A stretch of DNA of 64,000 bases from the human T2T-CHM13v2.0 reference genome, Homo sapiens. The stretch's first letter is position 1; every line of letters begins with the position of its first letter. The position numbers and the translations under genes were made by a program. The DNA is taken from the NCBI RefSeq assembly GCF_009914755.1, contig NC_060925.1; one strand, 5' to 3'. Below the pieces are notes generated by a model. That model saw only the letters and a program-made list of their open reading frames with translations. It made no database searches and was not told where the DNA came from. Shown here piece after piece: positions 19,463-35,087 of this stretch.

Positions 19463-20600
19463 AGTTAAACAAAAATTACAGGAGGACATTGTTCTGGACT
19501 AAGCTCCTGCACTAGGCCCCAACAGATCAGACTAAAAATCAAAATACAGATAGAACCAGAAGTAGCATATAGTTCTCTTCCCTTTTGTGGCCACTGCTGA
19601 AGCAAGAGTGGCCAAAATAAAGTTTAATCCCTTTGTAACTTCTGACTGAAGCAAGAACCACAAAAGGTGTTTCAATGCACCTTCCCACATTCATAGGAAG
19701 ATTATGTCCTCCCCTCTTTCCTAAGAGCTAAGACAGAAGTACAACGTTCATTCCATGCCCATGCAAAAGGATGATAAATTTCAGATTGTGCGAGGACACT
19801 ATAAAGGTCAGCAAACTGGCAATTTAGTCGAAGTTTGAAATATATCATCAACACTGAACAGGTGCCATGGGAAAAGGCTAATGGCACAACTGTCCACGTA
19901 GGCATTCACGCCAGCATAGTGGTTATCACTAGGTTAAAACTGGACAAAGACCGCAAAAAGATCCTTGAACAAAAAGTCAAATCTCACCAAGTAAGAAAGG
20001 AAAAGGCCAAAATACAAGGAAGAAACAATTGAGAAGATGCAGGAATAAAGTAATCTTATATACAAACTTTCATTGAAACTGTTGAAATAGAAAAAAAAAA
20101 TCAAAATGGAGTCCTTCATGCTGAGTTCATCAAGCTGAAAATGAGTTATCAGACCATCCAAGAAATGAGGAGAGAGATAACACCCTAATTTCCCAAATAA
20201 GCCTGTTTCAATTGGCATGATAATGAGGCTCCCTGTGTTTAACACCCCCCGCCACCTTTTTTTTTTTTTTTTTTTTTTTTTTGGTAAACCTCTCCTACGG
20301 TGCTGATGTCTTTAATCCTTACAACAAAGGGTAACCTGAGGTAACCTGATGTTAGCCAATAAATTATTTCTCTATTGTTCTGCCCTTCTCCAGCCTTACT
20401 AGGAAAGTAACTTTGAAATGACCAATCCACTTTTTATTATTTGTTTTTGCTTTCCTCAGTCCCCCTCTCTCTATAAAACCAAGCTCCTCTGCTCAGTTCA
20501 CTGAAACACTTGTTTTATTTTATGGAATGAAGTATTGCTCAAATCTAAAATCACAAATAAAACCAATTAAGATCTTTAAATTGTCGTAATTGCTGTAATT
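19463..20600 (+). mobile_element. ERV1/MER4-group solo LTR (subfamily not assigned), host of the RPL26 retrocopy
   Basis: GGACTAAGCTCCTGCACTAGGCCCCAACAGA..AATCAAAAT|GGAGTC is continuous across the retrocopy. TATA-like CTATAAAA and AATAAA lie near the 3' end. Confidence 0.7.
19547..20100 (+). pseudogene. Processed pseudogene of ribosomal protein RPL26 (uL24)
   Basis: 5'TOP CTCTTCCCTTTT, start codon mutated (ATA AAG TTT AAT CCC = [M]KFNP), intronless homology to ...[30 protein letters not shown]..., stops and frameshifts, AATAAA, poly(A) remnant, flanking direct repeat AAAAATCAAAAT. Confidence 0.95.
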
Positions 20601-20716
20601 TGTAATAAATTGGCAGTAGTAAGTTAAATGCTTCCCTGAGTTCTGTGACCCATTCCAGCAAATGACCAAACTCAAGGAAGGGGTCGTGGGAACCGCCCCG
20701 CCCCACCCCCAATTTA

Positions 20717-21018
<302 letters not shown>

Positions 21019-21704
21019 AAGTACCAGAAGGTGGGACTTAACGACTGGTATTTGAAGTGGAATGGCAGTTTGCAGGACTGAGCCCTTAACTTGTGGGACC
21101 TGACTCTAACTCCAGGTAGACGGCGACAGAACTGAACTGAATTTCTGGACACCAAGCTGGCGAGAATCAGTCAATATGAGGGGAAACTGGTCACACACAT
21201 GGTCACAGAAGTGCTCTGTGTTGTGTGAGTATAGGAGGAGAAAAAAAACATTTTTTTTAAATTATACAAGAGATAATAAGGACTTAGATATAAGTGGTAA
21301 AGGAAAATGGTAAAAGAAAGGGAAGGATAATGGTTAAACTTTGAGGTGGCAATGCCGCTGAAGCTATTCTTTAATGAGGAAAAGTATGACATCTTCCTTT
21401 TCTTTTTGCCTCTCACCATCAACTTAAAAAGCTATAAGAAATCTAACACTCAAAAAAAGATCTGACTGCAGCTGTGAAAAAGGTAATCTAATGTCTTACT
21501 GAGACTGTTAGCAGACAATCTAAAATTTCAGCCAAGTTATAGGTTAAGACATTTCTGAACAAATTAAGAGCACAAAAATTTAATAAATATACTGTAAAGC
21601 TGTGAGAGATACCTTGAAAAAGAACAAAAAGCACTACACCTTTATATAGTCAAATTTGAGACATTCTGCATTCTATATTCTCTATACCCTATGGAAGAAA
21701 ATGA

Positions 21705-21940
21705 GCATATGGGTTAAGAAGAGATCTGGAGTCTGACTACCTGTATTCAAATCCTGGTACTACCAATTACTATGAGACTTTGTACAGATTACTACAGCCT
21801 TTTGTGAGTAGGCTCTCTTACACTTAAAACCGTCATAATACTAGTACCTAAACCTCATGGATAGTTGGTGTGAATTAAATACATATTCAGCACTCAGAAA
21901 AGTACCTGGCACAAAGTAAGGCTGCAATAATGGTTGGCAA
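21705..21940. mobile_element. MIR SINE
   Basis: GGTTAAGA..TCTGGAGTC..TTCAAATCCTGG..CTCAGAAAAGTACCTGGCACAAAGTAAG core. Confidence 0.7.
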
Positions 21941-22695
21941 TTGGGATTACTGTATCCCCTCTTTAAGAAGGCTCTAATAAACTTCAATGAATTCTAATGA
22001 ATTAAAAACCCTAAGAAATCATATCGTTAAGAAACACATTTAAGTGTGGTTAACCCAAGTTCTCTTATACATTTTTGGCAATAGATTAATAAAATCTATT
22101 CCCATCCAGCCATAAAAACTGTTGTTTGAAAAACACTTTGGAAAATTCTGGACTATGGGTGACACCATCTTTTTACTTGTAATAAACAGATGCCATGGAA
22201 GCTGGAGAAATTTACTGAAGGATATTGTTACACAACTGACTAGAAATTTTTGTACAGTTTCCAAACCGTTCATATGAAACACACTCCTAGTAAATGAATA
22301 CTACTGAATTCTGAGGGTACAAGGCTAAAATACAAAGGTATGTATTAGAGGGTCAGTAACTCTGCTTAGTTGTTCATAAATCCCTAGCTTTTCTACAAAT
22401 TTTATATGTAACATGAAATCAGTGTATTTGTGATTTGATGTTTAAAAGAATACTGCTTTTGTAGATTACAGCCAAAAATACTATAGGACACCAAGAAAAA
22501 GCTTATTTGAATCACAGGAGTAGCAAACAAATGCATAATATAACTCCATTCTTGTAAACCCAAACCTACAAAATGATACATTTTAACAAACATTCATAAG
22601 ACAATTAGATTTAAATGTGGAAATCTTTAAATAATTTACCAAAACATATATTGCTCAAGAAATTAAAATATGTAAAATACAGATTTAAAAGATTA

Positions 22696-22974
<279 letters not shown>

Positions 22975-23083
22975 CTAGTTTTCTAAATTCCTATTGATGT
23001 TGCTATCCAAAGTTTATAAAGAATAAGTAGAAAATTCTATAGGGGCAAAAGAAGGAGGTTAACTGTAATCATTGTAATGATTA

Positions 23084-23245
<162 letters not shown>

Positions 23246-23456
23246 CTAAAAGAAGAAATAAGCACTAATCTAAATTAAATACATAAAATCTAGATCTAAA
23301 AAAAAAAAAAAACTTGTTCTTCAATATACTATTTCACTGTACACAGAATAAAATTATTTTGTTATCCATTTATCTTCAACAAAATCCTTTTCCTTACAGA
23401 TCATTCATGTAGGTAAAAATCTAAGGCTGAGAACACGAAGTCTGTGCAGATTTGAC

Positions 23457-23758
23457 TTTTTTTTTTTTTTTTTTTTGAGACAGGCTCTCGCTCTGTCACC
23501 CAGGCTGGACAGCAGTAGTGCAATCACGGCTCACTACAGCCTCAACTTCCTGGGCTCAAGCAATCCTCCAACCTCAGCCTCCCAAGTAGCTGGGACTAAA
23601 GGCGCATGCCACCACGCCCGGCTAGTACTTTTATTTTTTGTAGAGATGGAGTCTCACTATGTTGCCCAAGCTGGTCTCGAACTCCGGGGCTCAAGCAATC
23701 CTCACACCTCAGCCTCCCTAAGTGCTGTGACAACAGGCGTGAGCCACCATGCCTGGCC
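23457..23758 (-). mobile_element. AluJ inside the 714-nt TRIM33 intron 2
   Basis: Poly-T followed by GAGACAGG...CACTACAGCCTCAACTTCCTGGGCTCAAG (J-type). Confidence 0.9.
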
Positions 23759-23959
23759 CAAATTTGACATTTTAAGTAATAGCTTTAGTCTCATTTAACT
23801 AAGTTTGAGAGTATATAAGAAAGCTATCTTTAACTTTCTATTTGAAACAGGAATCCATAGCAGAACCACCCTAAATGACTTAACTATCCAAACATGTTTT
23901 TCTTATAACTTACAGTTTGATATCAAGATAGGAATATAAAGAAAAATTGAGAAGCATAC

Positions 23960-24078
23960 CTGTTCTGATTTTTCATCAGAACTGCTAGGAGCTTCAGATG
24001 TGTCTTTCACAAAATAATTATCCACAAGGTCTATCTGTCTGCATTCTTGGCGGCATACTGGGCACCGTATTACACCAA
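23960..24078 (-). CDS. TRIM33: TRIM33 coding exon (canonical exon 2, 119 bp): end of RING finger and linker, [40 protein letters not shown]
   Basis: The peptide is recognised as TIF1-gamma. Acceptor ...gttgtag|TT and donor CAG|gtatgc are on the minus strand. Phase 1 in and phase 0 out fits the next exon. Confidence 0.97.
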
Positions 24079-24309
24079 CTACAACATAAAATAACAACAT
24101 TTTAAAATATTCTTCAGGAATAAAGAAATTGTGCATGATGTCCATATAGAAACATTAATTCATCACAGAGAAGACCAAAGAAATGAGCATCAAGAGCTCA
24201 GTAAAATAACCCAGCGAGTTATTCCATTTGGGTAAAAGTGATACTCTATTTAGGAAAAGAAAAAACAAGCATTATGATGCCTCCCAAGAAGTGCTTCCTC
24301 ATTATAATA

Positions 24310-24796
24310 TGTGGTTAGCTGAATAATTGCCCCAAAAGAAATCCAGATCCTGATCTTCGGAAACTATGAATATTAATTTACATGGTAAAAGGGACTTTAC
24401 AGATGCGATTAAGGCTCTGGAGATGGTTTGTCCAGCGGGTCCTAAACGTGATCAAGTGACCTTATCAGGGGGAGGAAGAGGAAGGTAAGACTACAGAAGA
24501 GTGGAAGGCAATTATAATAACAATGGACGCAGGGAGTAGAGTGATGCACTTTATAGATGAAGGAAGAAGCCGGAGAAAAGAAAGACAGGCAACCACTAGA
24601 AGCTGAAAGAGACAAGGAAATGGATTTTCTCCCAGAGCCACCAGAAGGACCAGTCCTGCCACCACTTTTGACTTTAGCCCAGTGAAAGGGATTTCAAACT
24701 GCTGGCCTCCATAATGGTAAAACAGTAAGACAGGTGCTGTTTTAAGACACTAAGTTTGTGGTAATTTTGTTACAGCAGCAACAGAAAACTAATATA
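24310..24796 (+). mobile_element. MLT1 (MaLR) LTR, MLT1C/D-like
   Basis: TGTGGTTAGCTGAATAATTGCCCC start; TTTGTGGTAATTTTGTTACAGCAGCAACAGAAAACTAATA end. Confidence 0.8.
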
Positions 24797-25449
24797 CAAT
24801 CTATCATCTTATAAATTCTGACTTGGTTAGAGATACTTGAATACATGCTAATATGAGAAGAAAGATCATCTGTCCCTTCACCTGCTAGTGTTCCAGGACT
24901 TATCAGAATGGATAAACTGTTGAGGTAACACATAGAGGCTAAATAACTGAAAATAGCACCAGAGTCAACACAACAAACTGACTACATGTCAGCCATGAAA
25001 TAGAGGATACAGCATAAATGACACAATCCACACCTTCAAGAAGGATTCTAGATTAGTATGTAATTTTTATAGTTTATAATGTACACAATTACAGAAAGCA
25101 CCAAAGACTGGGATATAAACCAAGTCCCCATGAGTTGTGTAGTACACAAACTGTAGTACCATATATAGTCATTCTGATGGAAAATGAAAACATAAATAAA
25201 ACTTATCACTCTAAAAGAAGGGTGAGGTGGCTCATGCCTGTAATCCCAACACTTTGGGAGTGGAATGATCACTTGAGCCCAGGAGTTTGAGGCCAGCCTG
25301 GACAACATAGTGAGACGCCATCTCTAATTTTAAAATAAAATAATTAAAATTAAAAAATAACTACTGTTATATATTTAAAACAAAATACTGTTCTTATTAA
25401 TATTTCCTCTTTATTTTACCAAAAACATGGTATAAAAATAAATAAAAAG

Positions 25450-25789
<340 letters not shown>

Positions 25790-26040
25790 TCAAACCAAAG
25801 GGAGAAATAGTAAAGTGAAGAGAAAGGGGAAAAGGAAAAATATTTTCACATTTGGGAAAGCATGACTAAAAAACCTCTTGAGAAAGTGTATTATATAAAA
25901 CTACAAAGAAGATAAGTATAAGTAACTGTAGAGACAAAGATATGAGAGCAACTAACTCTTCTTAGAGTAAATCAGTTAAATTTTCACCAAAAAGATAACA
26001 CTTCTAATAGGGTCTTGAAGAATGAACGTGACTATACTAG

Positions 26041-26462
26041 TGTGCAAGAAAGGGTTTACTTGGCAGGCCTGGGTTGCTCAAATGCTGCACATTCCTTCTT
26101 AAGAAAGGCCTATCTTCAGGACTGGCCCTTTACACGTTCCTGGGAGATGACCTCTGAGCCCGTGGAAAATTCTGCCTGGTAAGAGTACTTTTGTATACCT
26201 GAGGCTTTAAGCCATACCGTGTTTGACCTCTGGGTGCACTGGTGTCCAAGTAGCTGATTACCAGTCCTGTGGGGGCTGCGTGGCAATGAGACTGATCTCC
26301 AAAACTTAGACACCAAGGCTCAGGTGAGATTCCCTACTTGGCAATACTCCCAGTGTATTGTCCCACATTGTTGCTGGGGACATCTGAAAGCATGGGTCTG
26401 CTTTCTCTTGGGCTTTGCACCATGCACCTTTTCTCTTTGCTGATTTTAATCTGTATCTTTCA
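26041..26462 (+). mobile_element. ERVL LTR fragment (MER68/MER77-like)
   Basis: Shares motifs with the LTR at 13189 (GACACCAAGGCTCAGGTGAGATTCC, GATTTTAATCTGTATC). Confidence 0.65.
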
Positions 26463-26619
26463 ACTAAATTAGGGTTTCTCCATGTTAGTCAGGCTGGCGT
26501 CGAACTCCTGACCTCAGGTGACCGATCTGCTCGCCTTGGCCTCCCAAACTGCTCGGATTACAGGCGTGAGCCACCGCACCCCGCCAGATCAGTTAACTCT
26601 TCAAGAAGTTTATATGTAT

Positions 26620-26810
26620 AAGTGTATTTAGTCCTCATAGCAGCCCTGTAAAGTAGGTTCTATTACTATCCCCACATTAAAGGTGAAAAAATTGAGGTTC
26701 GGAGAGATTAAGAAACATTCTGAAGGTCATGTGGTGACGTAAATGCCAAGATCTGAATTCAACTAACATGTCTGTGTCTACAGCTCATGCTCTTAAGAAC
26801 TATGCTAAAC
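26620..26810. mobile_element. MIR SINE
   Basis: TCCTCATAGCAGCCCTGTAAAGTAGG..TATCCCCA..GAAAAAATTGAGGTTCGGAGAGATTAAG core. Confidence 0.7.
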
Positions 26811-27889
26811 TATTTCTCTAATTAAAACGCTGGTCTATCAGTAACAAAAGAGACTAAACTAAGGCAGTATTAAAGGAAATGTAGAGGATAAATCAGAGTA
26901 TCAATTGGACTTAATAAATGACTGTATGATGAAGGAGTACTAAGAGTTACAATGAGGAAACAAATTAGAAATTCTAGATGATTCCCAAGTTCCTGGTGTG
27001 GGTAATGCATAGATAATTACATAACTACTCAAAATGAGGAAAAAGTGTTTTAGCCAGAAATGTAATGAGTAAGTTTTGGATAGATGGTGTTTAACTAGCA
27101 TATTTCTGGAGCTGAAGGGTGTGGAGGGAGCTACCAGCATGTAAATAACTCAAATGTGAAATGTAGTTATGACTGCTGAGGAAGAATATTATCAAGGACA
27201 ATAACCCTTGTTACACCAATATTTACAAGTCAAGCAGAAGAAACAGAGCTCTCAAATTTAGGAGACAGCTTTCAAACATTTTCAACTGCAAACCACAGGA
27301 AGTACACTTTACATCAAAGGCCAGGACACAAATACATACCTGTCTGTGTAACTGAAACAAACACAAGTCAAACAAGGATCAACTACTTTTCCATTAACCA
27401 TTTATGATTAACTTGTTACCACTGTACCAATTTACTTTTAAAATTACATAATGCGCTTAAAGTCAGCTGACTCTTAGCATGACCTAACAATCTTTTCATT
27501 TAGCCCTAGCTTCTCTTTCCAATATTCTCAAGCAGTCACACCAAAGCTTTGGTCATCAACACCACTCTCCTTTCCCTTAGAAAATAATGAAAAATTACAG
27601 ATATATTTTCAGATAGAGAGGGGAGTTGAGAGAATTTATACCTACAGCCTCTAATTACTTAAGTCAGAGCCCAGTCCAAATGATAAGAGAGTCCTGTGAG
27701 TTAAGTGTTGAAAGACTGGAATGAATTATCCAAAGAATAGGAAAAAGAAGCTGGATGGAAAAAGATTGTCAAGTCGTGCCAGAAACCTCAAACTGGAGAA
27801 GTATAACCATGCCTAAGTCTAGTTCCTCTCTCCACCATGCACCTATCTCTTATTCATCTCTATTCCCACCCTATGTGCACACATTAATA

Positions 27890-29250
27890 AGGGGCTAGAG
27901 AGTGCAGTGGTGTGAGAGGTAACAGCAGGAGCAGCGCTGCTGCTGGGGGCTAGGGCTGATTTGTCTGACTTCCTGTCTGTGCCTAGCCCATTCGAGCTGC
28001 AGCCATGTCTGGGGATGAGATGATTTTTGATCCTACTATGACCAAGAAGTAAAATCAGCAGCAGCAGTCCTTTAGTTAGAGGAGGAAGGGGATACCCAAA
28101 CAGAGGAGACCCAGCCCTTAGAAACAAAACAAGTGGCGCCAGAGCCAACTGGGGACAAAGAATTGGAAGCTGATGAAGAGAACAGTAGGGAAAAAGGTGC
28201 TTCTGATGATCTAGATGACTTGAACTTCTTTAATCAAAAGAAAAGAAAAGAAAAAAACAAAAAAGATGTTTGATACTGATGAAGCTGAAGAAGGTGTAAA
28301 GGATCTTAAGATTGAAAAAATATTCAAGAACCAGCTGAACCAGAGTATGACCTTAATATTATGCTTGGCAATAAAAAGAAGAAAAAGAAGAATGTCAAGT
28401 TCCCAGATGAGGATGAAATACTAGAGAAAGACAAAGTTCTAGAAGATGAAGACAGCAAAAAAGATGACAGTATCTCATTCAATAATCATACAGGCCCTGC
28501 TAGGGCAGTCTCAAATACACATAAGGAGCTACTGAAGCGAGTGTGCAACACCACGAGGGAAAAGAATCCAGATGTGGTTGCTGAAAAGGAAATCTGTCAT
28601 CAAACCTCTACAGGTCATTTGAGTAGGAACCAAGAAAACTTATTTTGTCAACTTTACAGATATTTGTAAACTATTACATCATCAGCCCAAACATCTTGCA
28701 TTTTTGTTGGCTGAACTGGGTACAAGTGGTTCTATAGATGGTAATAACCAATTTGTAATCAAAGAAGATTCCAACAGAAACAGAAAAAGTCTTCAGAAGA
28801 TATATTAAGGAATACTTTTCACACATGCTGATCACTGGACACACACCTGCAGAAGAGACTCAACTCTACTTCTTACAGTGAGCAACTTATTGTTGATAAT
28901 CTGTTGCAAGTACAAAACCAGTTTCCAGACTGTCATGGGCAAGCAAGCACAGCTCCGTGCCAAAGCTGACTAATTTGCTAATCACTGATTTTACAACGTG
29001 TGTTGTGGAGATTTGGCGGGACAGGTTTGTCATCAGAATGGATATACTGTTGTATTAAAAAAACAAGATTAAAAAGCTGCCAAGTTCTTTGATGAGTGGT
29101 CAGTTGGTCTGAAATTCTTGCAAGATGCCGCTGTTCAAACTGTTGACATAATCATGGCCTCTTCTCTCTCTGTCAGAGAGATGTGATATGGGGTAAGGAA
29201 GTGTTTTTCAAAATTGTTCACTGGCATCTGTAAGATAATTTAGTTCTTAT
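27890..29250 (+). pseudogene. EIF2S2P5: Processed pseudogene of EIF2S2 (eIF2-beta) with 5'UTR and 3'UTR; CDS remnant 28005-28973
   Basis: ATG TCT GGG GAT GAG ATG ATT TTT GAT CCT (MSGDEMIFDP) at 28005; [24 protein letters not shown]; ends CTCCGTGCCAAAGCTGAC-TAA. Intronless, with an early stop and frameshifts. The locus symbol is from memory and unverified; outer boundaries are approximate. Confidence 0.93.
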
Positions 29251-29858
29251 AACAGCGCAAGAAAATCAAATTTAAAAAATAGAGACCTAGAAAGCAATAT
29301 GTATTTGCCAAAAAGGAATGATGGCAAAAAAACAATAATTATGTTCTGGAGCAACAGGTCACTGATCTTTACTAAAGAAATTTTATAGCAATGGAGGTAG
29401 CGGCAGACAGACATTAGCATGAGCGTGGGGAACTGAAGATGTGAAATGCTGAATATGTTGCCCACTCTTACAAAAAACTTGGCAATGAAGAAAAGAGACA
29501 AAATGACCTGTCAATAGAGGGAGAATAAAGAAGAATGCTGCTTTATACAGGGAAAACTTGGAGATATGATACAGAAAGTAACTGAAATAATTTATAATAA
29601 AAATGGCTTAAATCCTATAAAATAATATCATAGAGTAACATATATTTAGATAATGTCAGTAAGTATTTCCAAAGTTAATTTTATCACTTAAGAATGAAGC
29701 TGGCTTAAGGTGAAGTCATAGTCATATATGGCCACATATGTGCACATACAATCATATACGAAGAACACTAATATCTTATAATAAACTAAGTATAACTAAT
29801 ATCTATTATCATAAAGCTTGTTGGTATTCTTAGGGCTTCTTATATTCTTGAAGTTATA

Positions 29859-30850
29859 CAGGAATATCTTGTTTTACTGCATTTAGCTTTATACTGCTTC
29901 ACAGATGCTGAGCTTTTATAAATTGAAGGTTTGTGGCAACCCTGCATTAACCAAATTAGTAGACGCCATTTTTCCCACAATGTGTGCTCACTGTGCGTCT
30001 TTCTGTTACATTTTGTTAATTTTTGCAATATTCCTAACTTATAAATTATTATTTATCTATTATGGTGACCTGTGAGTTCTGATCTTTCATGTTACTACTG
30101 TAATTGTTTTGAGGCCCCACAAACTGCGCCCAATGAAAACAGCAAACTTAATCAATAAATGTATTCTGACTGCTTCACTGACTGGCCACTCCCTGTCTCT
30201 CTCCCTTTCTCAGGCCACCCTAATGCCTGAGACCAAACAATATTGAAATTAGGCCAATAAATAACCCTGCAATGGCCTCAAAGTGTCCAACTGAAAAGAA
30301 GAATCGATTCAGCATGACTTGGTCAATAACAACAACAACAACAACAACAAGTCAAACATCTCCTACATTAAATTTTAAAAAGCTAGAAATTGTTAAGCTT
30401 AGTGAGAAGGCATATCAAAAGCCAAGACAGGCCAATGCTAGGCCTCTTGTGCCAGTTAGCCTAGTTGTGAATGCAAAGGAAAAGTTTTGTGTTTTGTTTT
30501 GTTTGAGATAGGGTCTTGCTCTATGGCCCAGGCTGGAGTGCAATGGCATGAACACTGCTCGCTGAAGCTTCGACTTCCTGGGCTCAAGTGATTCCTACCT
30601 CAGCCTCCCATGCAGTGGGGACCACAGGCTCATGCCACCATGCCCAACTAATTTTTTGATTTTTTGTAAAGACAGGGTCTCATATTGTTGTCCAGGCTGG
30701 TCTCGAACTCCTGGGCCCAAGCAATCCTCCCGCATAGGCCTCTCAAAGTGTTGGGACTACAGACATGAGCCACTGCGCCTGGCCTGCAAAGTTCTTGAAG
30801 GAAATTAAAAGTGACAGTCCAGTGAGCATATGAATGATAAGAAAGCAAAT
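29859..30850 (+). mobile_element. Tigger1 DNA transposon, 5' part with N-terminal transposase remnant; interrupted by an AluJ (about 30485-30785, minus)
   Basis: TA|CAGG... terminus with AAATTGAAGGTTTGTGGCAACCCTGC. ORF 30272 MASKC...KLSE...VVNAKEKF continues after the Alu as FLKEIKS. Confidence 0.88.
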
Positions 30851-30852
30851 CA

Positions 30853-31183
<331 letters not shown>

Positions 31184-32641
31184 TTAAAAAATTAGAAGAC
31201 CTGAAAAATGGCAATCCTGAGAAGCAAATTAGTAGTCTGCTACTAATGAAACTTCAAGACATACCTATTGAAAAAGAAAAGGATAAACAAACATACAGCA
31301 GCAACTGCAAAAAACAAAACAAAACAAAAAGGTAAAACAAAAACAAACAGGAAGAATATTAGCATTAGATAAACCTAAGTAAAAGTTAAAAAAGCATTAA
31401 ATAGGAATAGTGGGAATACTGTACAACAATGAAGGACACAGTCCACAAATTGTCAAAACAAATTATGCAATTTATGCAGGATAGTAGCCACAAACAAAAG
31501 GTAAAACAAAAATGGAAAACATGTTATTTTATAAAAAATTGAATGGTTGTCAAGCTCACATTTCCTTATCCAGTTTTTGAAATACAGAAAATTATTGTAT
31601 GTTTAGCTACAAAACACATTTAGTGAAAAAAACCTGACCTGAACTGTCATAAAGCTATATATATCTTTAGTTACGCTATTTAGTGTAAATACTGCTGCAG
31701 AAATATTAAGGCATTTGATTATAGGGTACGACCACAGACCATGCTGGAAATTTAAGTACCATCTTGCCTTCCTAAAATGTGAACACTTATGCATCCCAAA
31801 CACTGAATATATGAATAAAATTTTTAAACTTAGAAACATAAATATTTTGTTTTCCTATGTCCACATTAATCATGTAACCTGGCTGCAATTTTCTTAAATT
31901 CCAAAATTAAATATTTTAATGACAACATATATGAGCATAATCCAAATAACTCTAAGAAATAAAATTTTAAAAATGACCAGTTCCCCAAAGTGAAATAATT
32001 GCTAATTAAGGAACAATACTGTGATTCAAGCAGAAAATTTTTCAAGTGGAATTTTTAAGAATTATCAAAATAGAAAATACTTTATAACAGTGTATCTCAT
32101 TTCATAATAAAGTGATTGAAAACAAAATACAGAAGTGGCCAGATGCTGTGGCTCACGCCTGTAATCCCAACATTTTGGGAGCCAGAGGCGGGCAGATCGC
32201 TTCAGTCTAGGAGTTTGAGATCAGCCTGGGCAACATGGCAAGACCCTGTCTCTACAAAAATAAAAATTAGCCAGGCATGGTGGTACCTGCCTGTAATCCC
32301 AGCTACTCAGGAGGCTGAGGTGGGAGGATCACCTGAGGGTGTGAGGTCAAGCTGCAGTGAGCAGTGATTGGGCCACTGGGGGACAGTGAGAGCCTGTCTC
32401 AAAAATGAAAACAAAAACAAAAACAAAAACAAAACACAGAGGAAGGCCTTTGTGGCTCTTATAAAAATTCACAAGCATGAATTTAACTTTAAAGATATAC
32501 ACTGTTACAATTAAACTGTTAAAAGTCAAAGACAAGAAAATTTTGAAAAGACTAGGAGAAAAATAACTCATGACATACATGGGAACAATATGATTAACAA
32601 TGAGCTGAGCAGAAACAAAAAAAAAAATTCAGAAGGCAGTG

Positions 32642-33419
<778 letters not shown>

Positions 33420-33974
33420 TAAGGAGGAACCAATGAACAACAATAAATACATGAGCTATACAGAAAACAAAGAGCAAAACAATCAACGTAGATCTAACCA
33501 TAACAATAATGATAGTAAATGAGAATGAATTAAATACCCCAATGAAAATAAAGAGCAGATAAAATTAACTATATACTGCTATATACTGTTTACCAGAGAC
33601 ACACTTTAATTTTTCCAGATATAGTCTCTGTAGCCCAGACTGGAGTGCAGTGGCGCTCACTGCAGCCTCAACCTCCTGGGCTTAAGCAGTCCTCCTGCAT
33701 CAGCCTCCCAAGTAGTTAGGACTACGGGCATACACCATCACACTCGGTTAGTTTGCTTAAATTTTTTGTAGAGATAGGGTCTCACTATATCACCCAGGCG
33801 GGTCTCAATCTCCCAGCCTCAAGCAATCCTCCCGCTTCAACCTCCCAAAGTGCTGGGATTACAGGCATAAGTCACTGCCCCCAGCCCAGAAACACACCGT
33901 AAATCAAAGACAAATACAGGATGAAAGAAAAAAGTAAGTCAAATCATGGAAACAGTAATTACATAAGAGCTGGA

Positions 33975-34595
<621 letters not shown>

Positions 34596-35087
34596 AAGCA
34601 GGAGTGGCTATTCTAATATCAGATAAAATAGACCCTTACACAAAAATAATCATTAGAGACAAGAGCAAAATTTGTATAATAATAAAGATATCCATTCTCA
34701 GGAAGATATAGTTATATGCATATGTGTACATAACAAGACAGCTTCAAAACACATGAAGAAAAATCTGGCAAAACTGAAGGGAGACAAACAGAAATGAACA
34801 TGAAGATGAACAAAATATGACCCCCCACAAAACAAAAGAGAGGCTCACTACCTGTGGGACAATTATCAAGTGGTCTAATATATGTGTAACTGAATTCCCA
34901 GAAGAAGAAATAAAAACAATGAGAAATATACTTTAAGAACTAATGATCAAGTTTTCCAACTTTAATAAAAACTATAAGCCAAAGATGAAGAACCACAATA
35001 ATCTCTGAAGATAGCACTTCTAAATAAAACCATGCAAAGCACATCATAATCAAACTGCTAAAAAACAGTAATAAAGGATAAGTCTTA

